The notes beneath the pieces were generated by a model. It saw only the letters and a list, made by a program, of their open reading frames with translations, was not told where the DNA came from and searched no databases. 64,000 bases of DNA from the human T2T-CHM13v2.0 reference genome, Homo sapiens: NCBI GenBank assembly GCA_009914755.4, contig CP068257.2:14112001-14176000 (forward strand), written 5' to 3'. How positions within the stretch are numbered: the stretch's first letter is position 1; every line of letters starts with the position of its first letter. Below, piece after piece: positions 40,200 through 54,627 of this stretch. The position numbers were made by a program, and so were the translations under genes.

Positions 40200-41100
40200 C
40201 AATGTCTAGTACTCAGGTCAGTCATACCAGAAAATAAGATGTGTGTGAAAACTAACACAAAAAAATGGACAATAGAAAACAGCACAGGGAAACTGGAATA
40301 CTTGTCTGCCATAATAATAATTAATATGTTCAAGGAATTAAAAGCAAGATTGCGAGTCTGAAGAAAACTAAAAACTGTAAAGAACAAAATGTAAATTTCA
40401 GAATGGAAAAATATAAATGAAACTAAGAAGTCAGTGGATAAATTTAGCAGCATTATTAGACACAACTGAAGAGATAATTAGCCAACTGGTAAATTAATCT
40501 GGAGAATATTTTTCAGACTAAAGCTATGACATAAAGATGGGAGCATCAAAGAGATACTTTGGATATGGTGAGTAGTACTAACAGTGTATTTGTAGTTCCA
40601 GAGGGAGAGTAAAAGGAAATAGGGCAAAAGCATGTTTGAAGAGATTACTCACAATATTCCAAACTTGAGAAAGATCAAGCCATAGATTCAGGAAGCAATA
40701 GGAATCAAATAGTATAAACATAAAGAATACTGCACCAAAGTACATCATAATAAAACAAATAACTATAGACAAAGAGAAATCCTAAAAGTTGCAAGGTGGA
40801 AAAAGATACACGTATAAAGGAGCAAAAACAAGACTAATAGCTGACTTTGATACCTTTAAACATCAAGTCACACATAAGCAGAAATAATGTCTTTAAAGTG
40901 CTAGAAATAAATAACTGGCCATCTTGAATTTTATACCTAGCAGAAGTCTTTAAAAATGAAGAAAAACTAGCTGAAATAATTCTTCACCAGCACACCCACA
41001 CCAAAGGAAGTTCTAAGTATCCAGGAACAAGGAAAATTCTCTATCTACAATGGGAGCTCAGAGAATAGAAGTGGGATTGAAATTCTTCTAACCTGCCAAG
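40200..41100 (+). mobile_element. Ancient L1 (L1M-like) ORF1-region fragment
   Basis: The translation has L1 ORF1-like stretches (ORF 40110..40361: ...KMCVKTNTKKWTIENSTGKLEYLSAIIIINMFKELKARLRV), with frameshifts and stops. Low complexity, A-rich. Confidence 0.5.
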
Positions 41101-43174
41101 ATTCTCTTTCCTCTTTAAATTCCTCAAAAGAATAGTCCATGGTTTGTCTCCCCTACTTAACAGTAGTCCCCCTTATCTTTGGTTTCACTTTCTGCTGTTT
41201 CAGTTACCTGCTGTTAATTGTGGCTGAAAATATTACAGTACTGAGAGAGAGAAGGAGAGGGAGAGAGGGAGAACACATTCATATAACTTTTATTACAGTA
41301 TGTTTTCTTTACAATTGACCTATTTTATTATTCGTTATTGTTGCTAATCTCATACTGTGCCCAATTTATAAATTTAGCCATTATAGGCATGCAAGGAAAA
41401 AAAACATAATATATATGGAGTTCAGTAATATCTGTGGTTTCCGGTATTCAGAGGAGATTTTGGAATGTATCCTTTTTGGATAAGAGGGTGCTACTCTGTA
41501 CCCCATTTTCCCATTATTTAATGCCTCTGTTCTTCCTCTACCACTCCACTGCAAACATGACTTTGCAGTTGCCAAATCCAAAGGTTATTTCTCTGTCCTT
41601 AATTTATTGGAAGAATGTGGCAACCTTTCATGATATTGCTAATCTTGTCCTCCTTGAAATGTGCCAGCTATTTTTTGATGTACAGCAGAATCTTTTGTGG
41701 AACTTTGTATCTTTATTGAGAGTCCCCTGACACAGCTATTTTTTAAAGCTCCGCAGTTTATTAGAATACACAAGTATGTTTGAAAGCCCTTGTTTTCTCC
41801 ACTCGTTTTTCTTCTGTGATTTCCCTTAGTATTCCTTTCTCTTTTTCAAAACTCTTTTTCTTTTTTCCTGTGATTTTTAAATGGTGCTTTCTCCCCAAGG
41901 TTCTGATCTTGGCCAACTGTTAATGTATTCATATCCCTTCTGGTTTATTACTTCTACTCTTACTGTTTTAAAAAGCAGTCACAAGACTGTAATCCCTACA
42001 AGGGCAGAGACTACCTTCTTAGTGTCTGGCATATAGTAGATGCTCCATAAATATTTGTTAAATGAATGAATAGATGATTTATTTTATGTGCTTATATTGT
42101 TGAATAAATCTTTCTAGATCACAAGATAAAATTTTTTTTTACAGTTTCTGTTACCAGCTTTATGGTTTTACCTTTCATATTTAGGTTGTTAATTGATCTA
42201 TGTAATCTGGCTCTATTTCTTTATATGTAGTTTTCTCAATACCCAACTGTTGATCAAAACCTTGTTTCCTCATTGATTTGTGGTGCCACCTTTACCTTCT
42301 GTCAAGTTGGCTGACTCACCTTTTCTAAGATTTGAAACATTATCACTTCCTGTATAGTAATTTTCAAACTTTATAAACTGTGACCCAAGAAAGGAATATA
42401 CTGTATATTATAAAACATTTTACACATACACAAGTGTGTAAAATATCTACAATGAAAATTTTGCAAGAAAATACTCTGATGTATTTACTGAGTATGATAC
42501 ATTGTGATATTTTCCATTGTATTTTATCTCATTTTAAAGAAATGTTCAGTATGATGATAGTAAATGGTTGCAAACTACAGTTTAAAAAACATACTCCAGG
42601 AAGCCTTTCCATGGGCATCCTGCATATGCTCCATTAGATTCTTGTGTAATTATTATCACTGCATCTTGAAGTCACGACATTTCTATTACATGTCTGTCTC
42701 CTTTCTAAATTGTGTACTTCCTTGAGCATTGAGATAATATGTAATTTCTTTGTGTCTCTATTACCTAGGATCTGATGAGTAAATTTATTTGTACTCCATT
42801 TTTCTAGTATTAATGATACATCTAGATAATTCATGGTAAACATAGCAGGTCTAAAAAGTTTTGGACTTGACATTTGCATACTCTTTATTTTGAGGAAACT
42901 GCTTAAGTGCATATAAAAAGAGCTATTAATAATGAGTAGTATATTTAAAAAGTTGTCCAAATATAATCTTGTGCACTATCAAGTATCAAGAATGGTATGT
43001 CAAATAAAAGAAACTTGACTTTTTCTCAGAAGTATGTCCTCCTTGTGCCAGTTGCAATGATTCTGAGTATAAGTAGTACACAGTTGTAAAAAATAAACCT
43101 CCAAGACTAGTCATTTTTACATTCTGCTAATGGAATTTTCCCTCAGGTTATGTTAAATTGTTGTTCTTTTTCAG

Positions 43175-43261
43175 TCATTATTTAATCTTTTGGAATTTAG
43201 AAGATTAGTTCTGAATTACAAGCCTCCATCAAATGCTCAAGATTTACCCCGAAACCAAAAG
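43175..43261 (+). CDS. USP25: USP25 coding exon 6 (aa 186-214; [29 protein letters not shown]), symmetric phase 0 to 0, 87 nt
   Basis: Acceptor ttgttctttttcAG|TCA (AG at 43173-43174). Donor AAG|GTaaaa (GT at 43262-43263). Exact protein match. Confidence 0.92.
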
Positions 43262-43736
43262 GTAAAATTCAAAAGATTTTTTTAAGCAGTATATATACTC
43301 TATATGTTCTCTTATATGTGATTGATTTTTGGGCATTTACTTGGCTCATCAAATCTGAAACTGTCAATTTGAATGTCAATTCATTAATCTTAGTTACCAT
43401 AGCAAGTTCTTATCCTTTGTTAATATATTATAAATACGACTTTTTTCCTTTACCTGTCACAGTAATATGCCAATTTTTGGTGTCGCTTTAGTAATTTTTT
43501 TGGGGGGGACTGTCAAATTTCAGTAAACTTTATAGGCTATAGTTTACAATTTAAGGTCTTTCCTCAGTTGTCTCCTAAAAAATTTTGTGGAAATCGAAAT
43601 TTCTTTTCAATTGATCGTCTTGTGCAGCCCTTTAAAAAATGCGTTTTGCATTCATGTCTTTGCAGTACAAATCTGTATCTTTCATTTTGGAAGTGACTGT
43701 CATAGATGGGTAATATAAAGTGACAACACACACACC

Positions 43737-43942
43737 AGGGCCAGATTGCGTGGGTTCTAGCTAGGGACCTAGAGCTGGTTACTTGATTTCTCTCTGTTCC
43801 ATTTACTATCTGTAAATCATATATAATAATAGTAATTATTTCATAGAGTTGCTGTGAGCATTAAATGAGGTAAAACATGTAAGGGGCTTAAAAGTGCTTG
43901 GTACATAGTAAGTACTAGGTGTCAGCTATTGTCAGTTAAACA
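43737..43942 (+). mobile_element. MIR SINE
   Basis: ccagattgcgtgggttctagctagg...ggttacttgatttctctctgttccatttactatctgtaaatcatatataataatagtaattatttcatagagttgctgtgagcattaaatgaggtaaaacatgtaaggggcttaaaagtgcttggtacatagtaagtactaggtgtcagctattg follows the MIR consensus almost end to end. Confidence 0.8.
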
Positions 43943-45879
43943 ATAAAAAAAATTAAAAAAAAAAAAAGACTTATTTTAAAAAGAACCAGTTTGCACACAG
44001 AATTTATACCTAATGGAAAAAATTACTTATGGAGATGATATAGTTGCGTGTAGGGCTTTAGTGGTTGATCTTGTCATAAACAATCTGTAGTCCTAAAGTG
44101 GACTTATTGCCAAGGCAAGGGAGTTAGTTTTAGGTTTCAGTAAACTGCTGAACTTTTTTGACCTATTTTTAGTAGGAGTGATGAAATATTAAATTATGTT
44201 TTCGTTTTAGCGTTTAATTTTTAAAACCACTTTTTCTTTTTCTGTAAACACGTGAAACATTTATAATGCATGCTAGTGGGAAGATAACTTGATTTATAAC
44301 CAGCTTTTCAGGTTATAATCTCTGGGCTGTAGAGTGTCAGGCTGATAAACAACCCATTTTCAAAAGGGAGTCAGGATCGTCTGACAAACTCTTATGTCTC
44401 CAGAAAAATTAAGGAAAACCCTTTCAATCATTATGGTTTTTACATGGAACTTTCTGAACTATTGCCTCTGTCATTGCAATTTGTTAATATCACAGTTCTT
44501 CTCTCTTCTCATATCTCAAAGTATATGTATAATTTGTGTGAAATGGTTGAGAATTATCATTTCTAGTTAGGTATGCATGTATGTATATGCATCTTGACCA
44601 TTTATGGTCCTGGATTTTAATGTTTTACAGAGCTTTAATTTCTTTTGTTCTTCACAGAGTTGAATGAGGCCATGTTAGTTTGTATTCTTATTTAAAAAAC
44701 AGTTGCTATATTTATGCTTATATATCAGAACGAGTTGTGAATACTAGAGAAATGTGTAATTCCAGTCTTCAGCACCTTTCTAGAGAAGTTTGTTTCTTGC
44801 AATGGGTTAGCCTCTCCAGGTGTCCCTTTAGCTTAAGGAAATAAAAGAATTTCTCACTTCCATTCTGAGACAATTACTTAGAATACTGTGCAATTTTATA
44901 TGATTATTCCACAAATGTGACTCTAATTTAGTATAGTGACAGCAGTACACACTATACCTTGACATCTTTGAAGCAAATGGATTTATAGATAGTTATCAGC
45001 CACTGAATGGTCCTATATTCACTTGAGATGGTGACAGCAGGTTTTTAAAAAAGGCGTGAGTGTAACTTGTCACTTATTTAATAATGAATTTACCGCCAAC
45101 TCGTGACATGTCTACAGCTACATTCAATTTGAACACTTTGTCTTAAGTTGCAGAATACATTTGGGATTACTTTGATCACATCACAGAGATGCCATTTGTA
45201 TGCACTTTTAAACAGGATATTTTTTGCTAGCAAAATTTGCCACAAATATTACATACATATTGAGTGAGATTTGAAAGAAATCTAGTATTTGAAATTAGTA
45301 TGTATTTTAAGTAGACTTGGCAATTGCTTGTAGAAATTGAAACTAATTTTAGACACTCAGGTTTCTTTGAACTGTTGGTAATTTCAGTGTCTAGGAGAAT
45401 TGTGAGGTCCCTGGAAATATAATAATAGATCCTTGATGTAATCATCCCCTCTCCCCTCACACAGATATACATTTGGTTTAAAATGTTTCAGACTGATGGC
45501 AAAGCATATTAAATGTTGAGAAAACAAAGATGCACATGTATAATATTTAGTGGAAATCATCATGTAAATAGCTAAAGCCTTATTAATTGGAAGGTTATAT
45601 TATTTAAAGTCTTGATTTAGGACAAATATTTCAAAATAAAGAAATTTATCACTTTCCACTACTTAAAGTGAATGTCATCAGAAGGAAATGGGTTTAGTTG
45701 AGTACCATACTGTATTCCTGGAGCAAATACCTGAAGGAATTTTGAATTTTACAAATAAAAGGGGCATTCTGAGATTTCTGCCATTAGTCATGAAGAAGTA
45801 ACAGGAGCTGGATTTATAAGTCTCAGTGCATCTTAGAGGATTCAAAGCATACAAAATACCTTTTCTGATGAAAATGGTA

Positions 45880-47090
45880 GAAATCAAGGTAGAAATCAAC
45901 AACAGAAAGATATACAGAAAATCCCCAGATAGTTGGAAATGAAGTAATTCACCTCTAAATATCCCAAGGGACAAAAAAACAAATCAAATGAGTAATGTCA
46001 GAATATTGTAAGCTGAATGAAAATTAAAACATGACATATCAAAATTTGAGGATGAAGCTAAAACAGTGATTAGTGGAAGATATCTTATAAGAGACATCTT
46101 ACCAGACATCTTATTAGAAAAGAAGAATGGTTTTCAATTAATGATAGCAGCTTGCATATCAAGACATTAGAGAATAAAGGGCACGTTAATCTCAAAGCAG
46201 AAGTAAGGAAATAATAAAGGTAATAGCAGAAATCTGTGAACCAAATATCAGAAAAACAATACAGAAAATTATGGAACCAAAAACTGCTTCTTGAGAAGAT
46301 TGGTGAAATTGATGAACTTCTAGGTAGACTAAGCAAGAAAGAAGAGGGAAGACATATATTACAAATATAAGGAGTGAAAAAGGGAAACATCACTACATAC
46401 TCTGTAGACACTAAAGGGAGAATAGTGGAATATTATAAACAGCAGACAAGTATCTTGAAAGTCACAAGCTATCAAAGCTCACTAGTGAAGAAATAGATAA
46501 CCTGTGGTAGCCCTACATTATATTAAAGGAACTGGAACCTGTCCACCAAAAAATTCAGCAGCTAAATAGTTTTACTTGTAAATTATATTAAGCATTTAAA
46601 GAACAAATGATAACAATTCCCTATAAATTTGTACAGATACTTAAAAAGTAAAACTTCCCAACTCATTTTGTGAGCTAAGCATTACCCTGAAATGAAAAGT
46701 AGGAAAATACATTTCAAGAAAAGCAAACCACACACCAATATTTCTCATGAATTTGGAAGCAAAGAATTGTAGCAAATTTTTGAAAAATTAAATCCTGCAA
46801 TTATATATAAAGGATAATACCTCATAGAGAAGTGGGGCTTATCCAGGAATACAAAATTGGTTTAGCTTTCAAAAATAAATCAGTATACTTCACCATATCA
46901 ACAGACTAAAGAAGGAAAACCATATTATCATCTCTGTGGATGAAGAAAAATGATTTGACCAAAGCTAAAATCTCATTTATGGTAAAAATCTTCTAGAAAC
47001 TAGGAAGCAATTTACTTTTCAAATATGCTTCTCAGCAGAATTCCACTAATTTCCAAAAATTATTACTTCCAATTTTGTTACTGGGAATGT
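45880..47090 (+). mobile_element. Ancient L1 (L1M-like) ORF2 reverse-transcriptase fragment
   Basis: tatccaggaatacaaaattggtttagctttcaaaaataaatcagtatacttcaccatatcaacagactaaagaaggaaaaccatattatcatctctgtggatgaagaaaaatgatttgaccaaa corresponds to [39 protein letters not shown] of L1 ORF2. Confidence 0.65.
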
Positions 47091-47699
47091 CTCAAAAAAC
47101 TGCATTGACTTAGGTGCGGTGATAAAGAAACTGATCTCAGGAAATTAAGGGTACTTTTGAAAGTAATTTTGTGGATTAAAGCTCATAGTCTTTATACTTT
47201 TAAAACCTATGTCTGAGGGCATATTTGGAACCAGTTTTATTCCCTCTTACCTATTTCTCAGGACTCTTTTTTGGAATCTATTCTAGAAGCAATTCTTTCT
47301 ATGTGGGTTATACTATTTTGGGCAGCAACTATGTAAAGATACACCCCCATCCCAGACCCCTAGAATTTTACAGTGTTGAGAATGCCAACTGTGTAAATTT
47401 GGAAGAAAATTTTCATGTTTAATATCTAAATTTTTTCCGTTAAAATTGTTATTATAAGAACTAAATATTATAAGAATGGCTTGCCTGGTTTGTTGTCATG
47501 AAACATTTCACTAAGTTATGTGAATTATGTTATTTTTTAAAATTTCCTTCTTGTTTTAAAATACATTGTTAGTGATTGGTAATGTGGGTTGTTTTAATTT
47601 CTTTCTGGAGATTTTGCTTTAATGAGCCAGTAAGAATTGAATGCTTTGTGTAGTAAAAAGTTGGGGAAAAGATATAGAAATTCTTGTCTTTGAGAATCT

Positions 47700-47940
47700 T
47701 ATAGTCTTATTGAGAAACAAAAGTAAGATTTCAGAGGAATATTAGGAGGGTGATATATTAGTCTCCTATTAGGATCTGGTCTAATTATTAAATTAATAAA
47801 ATTAAATAAATTTAAATATTGTGATTGAATTATATTAAATATAATGTTCGATAACTTTAGATATAAAATAAATGAGTATAAAATAATTTTATAAGTAATT
47901 TTTATTAAATATAAAAACAAATATTAAATTTCTAATAATC
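47700..47940. repeat. AT-rich low-complexity block (taaat / attaa motifs)
   Basis: Direct reading. A-T content exceeds 85%. Confidence 0.7.
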
Positions 47941-48538
47941 GGGTGAGGTTCTAATATTAGTCTAATAATTAAGATTGTCACACCACAGTGACAGTCGGTG
48001 ATTCATTGCTCAGTGAAAGGCATTTATTTCAGTAGATGTGGAATTTGAAGGTATCGTTGACTTGAAGGAGTCTGGAAAGGCTTCATGGAGGAGTGGAGAT
48101 TTTTGCTAAATGGGTTTATTGAGATCAAGCACTTAGAACAGTGCCTGGCATGTAGTGAACACTCATTGAATGTTGGCTGTTATTATTGCTCTGAGCAGCA
48201 GCAGCTGGGCCTTGCTGAATGGGAAGTATTATGAGAAGCAGTCTTGAATGAGGAAGATATTCTTGGCTGAGTAATGACATGATTTGCTGTGAATATGTGG
48301 CATTCATGCTGAAATTGTGAGCCTATCCTAGGTCTTCTGCCTTTTTGTGCTGGACTTCTTTGAGTCTCTTAGATGGCACCAACACTCTACTTTCTTCAAT
48401 TATGATAGAGTGCTAATTCATCCCTAAACTATATTGGCTAGTTTAATTTTTGGTTACTGTTAAAATGAATATTTATTAGTAAAAATTTTCTTAATCTTCA
48501 GTTAAGGTGTTTTTGTTTTTGTTTTTTTCCTTCAATAG

Positions 48539-48676
48539 GAACATCGGAATTTGCCTTTTATGCGTGAGCTGAGGTATCTATTTGCACTTCTTGTTGGTAC
48601 CAAAAGGAAGTATGTTGATCCATCAAGAGCAGTTGAAATTCTTAAGGATGCTTTCAAATCAAATGACTCACAGCAG
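48539..48676 (+). CDS. USP25: USP25 coding exon 7 (aa 215-260; [46 protein letters not shown]), symmetric phase 0 to 0, 138 nt
   Basis: Acceptor tttttttccttcaatAG|GAA (AG at 48537-48538). Donor CAG CAG|GTagtt (GT at 48677-48678). Exact protein match. Confidence 0.93.
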
Positions 48677-50345
48677 GTAGTTCTGTTGCACTGACTTGTT
48701 CATTAACCATTTGTATTTAATCTGAACAATATTAAGCACCTTTCCCAAGAATATGAGACTATTTGAGATGCATGATTCTGCTTTATTAAAAATAACCTGG
48801 AACCATTTAAAACATTTGGGAGACTTTTAAGAGAAAAGTGATCTTGAAGGTGTTAAAATAAAGTTTTAATTTATATTATGATTGAAATGAAAACGATGGA
48901 TACAATTAAGATTATTTACAAATACATAATTAAACATGTTCACAAATGTGTGATAACAGAGGATCATTATAGTACACATGCTTTTGATATTCCTGTGTTT
49001 GCTGGCAGGGAGTACTTTTCCTTAATTACCCAGAAATGGTTTTTGAAAGATGTTATCTTTGTTATTGTTGCTTTTGTCTTTTATTCTTTATATAGTGTAT
49101 TGTGGTAGATTTTTATCCATTACCTTAAAAGAATATTGGTAATTTTCTTATAAAAAATACAAAATATCTATAAACAAACCAGTATTTTCACATATAATTG
49201 GAAAAATCAGAGAAATTAAAGAAGGAAAACAGAGGAAAAAATACAGTGGCAAAGAATAGTAAGTGTTCAAAAAGATAGCGGCAATGTGTAATGGCAGAAG
49301 TTTCAAAAAGCCACTAAGCTTGCAGCGTTGTTTTTTAAAGTACATACTTGGATGTGTCTCTGTTTTGTGATGTATGGAGAGGGCGTTTGGAAGAGGAAGG
49401 TCTGAGATTCTCTCACCATCTTCCTTGTGCTTTTTGTTTCTGCTTTACATTTACCTTGTATGGCAAATGTGAATGAACAAAAAGGGCACTCACATCAGAG
49501 TTTCTTTTATATGTTGTTGCATTTTTAAAAAAAATTCTAACAATGCTCCAGTGCCTTTTAGGCTTAGTATCTACTCAGCTTTGTTTCTTACTCGCTCTGT
49601 CATGGTAACACTAACACAAATCAAAAGAAAGAGAAATAATTTTACAGTTGATTCCAAACCATCATTTTCGGGCATTCAGCATTCCTTCTGGTTCTAAATG
49701 TGTTTTACTTTTTTTTTTCTTCTTTAGTATGCATAGTATCTTTTCCAGTGATTCTGAGTATACAATTAAATTTTTTAAAAGATTACTTCTGTTCTCTGAC
49801 TTATCTTTCCTTCTGGATGGCTTTTTCCTTGTCTTTTTTCTGGTTTCTTTTTTTTTTTCTTTCTTTTCTAGAGATTCATGTTGATTTTGGGGTATCTTTT
49901 CACATTTAAAGATGAGGCAGCATAGACTTTGTCTGGAGCCATGTATGTACATAGGTGGGCTTTTCAGTTTGAGTTAGAGTTGAAATGGATACAACTGGCG
50001 GTTAAGGCCACAATATAAATGCTTTTGCTTCAGATTAGCAGTGTAGACTAACTTTTGAAATTAGTGATTCTTTTTCTTTAGAGGCCTTTTAAAGTAGATG
50101 TGCATCAATTAAGGTTGATAAGTTTGATTCTCTTCTGTTCCCTAAACACTTGAATTTGAAGTCTACAGGAGTAATTTAGTGAATCTGTAAATGTAAGCAT
50201 CATGATTTTTTTAAAAGTGAATTTATATTTTCATTGTATCTTCTTCCTAAATATTTCAAATACATCATCTTTTGAAGTACACAGGAGTCTTTTGAGACAC
50301 CCTTTGGTATGTGATACTGTTAGTTTTTTCTTTTTCTTTTCCGTG

Positions 50346-50705
<360 letters not shown>

Positions 50706-51963
50706 TAGATTGATTTCTAAGAAAGATAGGGATTAACTTCTGAAAAATATTGTGTTAGCTAGGAAACCTTATTTTTTGTTGGATGTAATGTTTAAGTGAA
50801 TTAAAGTTATACAAAAGTATGAAAAGTTGTTTTAAGGTGTTACAATAGTTCCTAAGGACAGTCGTAACAAATTACAACAAATGGAGTGGTTAAAAACAAA
50901 AGGTTATTCTCTAATAGTTCTAGAGGGCAGAGGTCCAGAGTAAAGGTGTTGGCAGGGCCACACTTCCTCCATTGGCTCTGAGGGAGAATCCTTTGCTTCC
51001 ACCGTACTCTGGTGGCTGTTGGTGTTCCTTGCCTTGAGGCAGCATAGCTCCAATCTCTGTCTTCCTCTTCATGTGGCTTTCCCTCATGTGTCTGTCTGTC
51101 TTCTGGTTTTCTGTTTCTTACAAGAACACTCACCATTGGATTTAGCCCCAGCCCTAATCCAGGCTGATCTCATCTCAAGATCCTTACCTTAATTATATTG
51201 ACAAAGACCATTATTCTAAATAGTGTCACATTTTGAGGATCTAGGTGGACATATATTTTTGCAGGCTACTATTCAACCCGCCACAGATGTTATGAATGTT
51301 TACAGCTGGATTTTTGCGTTGCGTTTAGTCCTATTTAACTCTACAGCTTTGGAGCAGTTTACTTAAGCTTCCCAGACTTTAGTTTCAACATTTTTTTGAG
51401 GTTAATATAAAGTTGGCCTACATGCTCTTTAAGAAACTGCTGGCTGAAAAAATATATGATAGTAAGTTTGTTTTGTATTTGGGGCTATTTTGGTAAGTAA
51501 GGACAAATTGCTTACTACTGATTCATCTGCCTGTAAGCAGCCTCAGTAGAGTTGATTTATTGTTTTTCCCTTATGTTCTATTTATTATTTTCTGTGTTCC
51601 AACTCACGTTATTGAAAGAATTATGGTAGTTGATAACACAACTGCCACAACCTATTCCTGTTTTTCCGTGTTGGGAGAGCAAAGACCAAAGGCATGGTGA
51701 AAGGTGATAAATGGGCTGGTTCTGAATGATAGTAAAGGTAGATATGGCTTAAAAAGTTGTGTGTGTAAGTTGAATTAAGAAAAGTGAATTGTGGAAAGAG
51801 ACTAGTCTTCCTTCTAAGAGAGAAGCCAGTCATAATTCTTTATAAAACGAAGAACTGTTTGCTAAGATGATTTCTTCATTTTATAAAGATTCATTACAGA
51901 GCTCTTTGGGTGGGGAGTAATGATTATTTTTTAAAAATCTCATTTGTAAGTTTGGTTTTTGAT

Positions 51964-51990
51964 TGTGTGTGTGTGTGTGTGTGTGTGTGT
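51964..51990. repeat. (TG)n microsatellite, about 13 units
   Basis: gattgtgtgtgtgtgtgtgtgtgtgtgtgtattt. Confidence 0.95.
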
Positions 51991-52225
51991 ATTTTAAAGT
52001 GAAACCCAATAATTGATTATCATATAATGCTTGTTTTTTCAAATATCTTATATCCTGGTTAAATTATAAAAGTTTCTTGCATTTCGTGTGAAACATTTCA
52101 CTTGTTATCTTTGTAAGGAGTTGGTAATTATATATTTCAACAACTGGCTCTAGGTTTGATGTTACAACATCTAGTATTTTTTTTTTAGTAGGCTCAAATA
52201 TCAACAGGCTTTTTTCTTTTCACAG

Positions 52226-52302
52226 CAAGATGTGAGTGAGTTTACACACAAATTATTAGATTGGTTAGAAGATGCCTTCCAAATGAAAGCTGAAGAGGAG
52301 AC
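52226..52302 (+). CDS. USP25: USP25 coding exon 8 (aa 261-285 plus 2 nt of Thr286; [25 protein letters not shown]). Carries the D of the USP QQD box. 77 nt
   Basis: Acceptor cttttttcttttcacAG|CAA (AG at 52224-52225). Donor GAG AC|GTaagt (GT at 52303-52304). The QQ|QD box is split across the exon 7/8 junction. Confidence 0.93.
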
Positions 52303-52789
52303 GTAAGTTACCGTGAAGTTTAGCAATGGGGTTTTAGGAATTCATTAGATAGCATGTATTAAATGTCAACAGAGAAATAAGAAATCAAGACAGACTTATG
52401 GGAATCCCAGTATTTTCTGTATTATTGACAAGCTGTTTAGAATTTGCAGGCACAAATAATAGTGTAACCAAAAAAATCTAAAAAGTGATCCCTGGAAGAG
52501 CTAGTCTTACATGCCCAGTTCCTTTTCTTAGATTCAATAATCACTTTTCATGACGAGGAATGAATTTGCGGTGGAGAAAGATGTCAGGAATGTGAATTGT
52601 GACAAAATCCTTTTACGTAGAAGCATGAAGACAGGGATATGAAGTAGCAGTGCATGTGAGCAAGTGGCTCTGTTTTATCTGTTCACTCAGGGCCCCGAGG
52701 TCACCTAGGTTTCTGGGATCTTGCTGGCAGTGAAAATTATACTGTGTCTCTAAGTTTCTGCCCAGAGGTGACACACATCACTTCTGCAA

Positions 52790-53600
52790 ACATTTTGTTG
52801 GGCAGAGCTATGTGGCCTAACTTCAAAGTGAGTAGGAATATCTCACACTAATTAGGATGGCGGCTACGAAAAAAAACGAAACACCCCCCCCAACCCCTAC
52901 TGACCCAAGAAAATAACGAGGGTTGGCAAGGATGTGGAGAAATTGAAACCCTTGTGCAGTGTTGGTGAGGATATGAAATGGTACAGCCACTGTGGAAAAC
53001 AGTATGGGGATTTCTTAAAAGATTAAAAATATAATCACCATATGATCCAGCAATTCTGCTTCTTGGTGTATATCCAAAAGAATTGAAAGCAGGGTTTCAA
53101 AGAGATATTTGTACACCTGTGTTCATAGCAACGTTATTCACAATAGCCGAAAGGTGGAAGCAAACCAAATGTCCATTGATAGGTGAATGGATAAACAAAA
53201 TGTGCTGTATATACATACAGTGGAATATTATTTATCCTGAAAAGCACAGAAGTTCTGACATATGGTGTAACATGACCCCTTGAAGATATTATGCCACGTG
53301 AAAGAAGCCAGTCACAAAAGGACAGGTACTATAAATCACTTATGTGAGGTATCAAGAGTTATCAAACTCTTAGCAACAGAAAGTAGAATGGTGGTTGCCA
53401 GAGGCTGGGGGGAGGGGGAGATGAGGAGTTGTTTAATGCATATAGAGTTTCAGTTTTGCAAGAGGAAAAGAATTCTGACATTGGTTGCACAACAGTGTGA
53501 ATATACTTAACATTACCGAACTGTACAGTTAAAGGGTTATGTACATTTTATCACAGTTTTAAGAAGTGAGTAGGACAGTGTATCTTACCATGCACCTGAA
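52790..53600 (+). mobile_element. L1 3'-terminal fragment (ORF2 C-terminus plus 3' UTR)
   Basis: ggcaaggatgtggagaaattgaaacccttgtgcagtgttggtgaggatatgaaatggtacagccactgtggaaaacagtatggggatttcttaaaag ... tatatccaaaagaattgaaagcagggtttcaaagagatatttgtacacctgtgttcatagcaacgttattcacaatagccgaaaggtggaagcaaaccaaatgtccattgataggtgaatggataaacaaaatgtg ... gcaacagaaagtagaatggtggttgccagaggctggggggagggggagatgaggag. The ORF-track peptides 53083..53283 and 53280..53510 are L1 ORF2 C-terminal fragments. Confidence 0.8.
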
Positions 53601-54553
53601 CGTGAAGGGCCAGAATTTTTTTTCAGTAGCATTAAAGACTGCTATACTACCTACTGGGGTTCTTGTAAGAATTAAGAGAAGTACTTATCAACATTATTCT
53701 AAGGATTAAATGATGACCCATTTATCAAGAGAGATGGTATCCCCTCTCTCCCTTTTTAAACAATACTTCACAAATCAATTAATATAAACACAAATTAATG
53801 CAGAAAAATCTGTACACAATTGTGGATACAACGCATTTCTATACAGTAAGGCAAGGATAAACTTTGTCTTTTTAGGTCACACAAACCATAAAAAGACAAT
53901 TTAAAATTTTCAACTTTTGTTTGCTCCAAGCAGAAAAGAAAAAAATGAATTTTGGTATTAAATGACTTGGAAAATTTGTAGATGACTAATTCTACCAGCA
54001 GTGTGAAACTTCACAAAAGAATGAAGTAGCTGTTCAGCTACTTTGGGTGAAAAACTGGTACCTCGTTCCCTCCCTGGTGAGGGTTGTTGTTTTTGGATTT
54101 TTTTGGACTCTTCCATGTAAATACAGGAAATAACCTATCAAAATTTTGTAGAAATGTATTCTGATTAAAAGTGGCTTTTCTTCCTTCCCATGTCCAAATA
54201 AACGTGCACTACACAGAGTATGAGATTGAAATGTGTAATGATGATAGGAAGAGCAGGCACTTTGTGCACAAACTGTGTCAATTTCTCTTCCAAGTTCATA
54301 CACGTAGTAGCTCATTTTAACTCCTATGAGAGTCCTGTGGGTGCAGCTATCATAGTTATCCGCAGTTGACAGGTAAAGAAATGGAAGAATAAGTACCTTG
54401 TGCAACGTGGCACTGTAAATAACAGAGCTAAATGCAAGTGCGTGATAGCCACATAAGTGTTTTTGTCTTGTCATATGTTATAGTTCTTTAATATTTTCTC
54501 TATTTATAGGTCCGAAAATTGTAATCACATTTATATTTTTTAACATACTTTAG

Positions 54554-54627
54554 GGATGAAGAGAAGCCAAAGAACCCCATGGTAGAGTTGTTCTATGGCA
54601 GATTCCTGGCTGTGGGAGTACTTGAAG
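54554..54627 (+). CDS. USP25: USP25 coding exon 9 (completes Thr286, aa 287-310, first nt of Gly311; [24 protein letters not shown]), 74 nt
   Basis: Acceptor taacatactttAG|G (AG at 54552-54553). Donor GAA G|GTagag (GT at 54628-54629). Exact protein match. Confidence 0.92.

Noticed and set aside
47700-47990. A DNA-transposon-like element with terminal inverted repeats around the AT-rich block
   Set aside because: The flanks share only short taattatta-type motifs, which are expected by chance in sequence that is more than 85% A-T. There is no convincing TIR or TSD.
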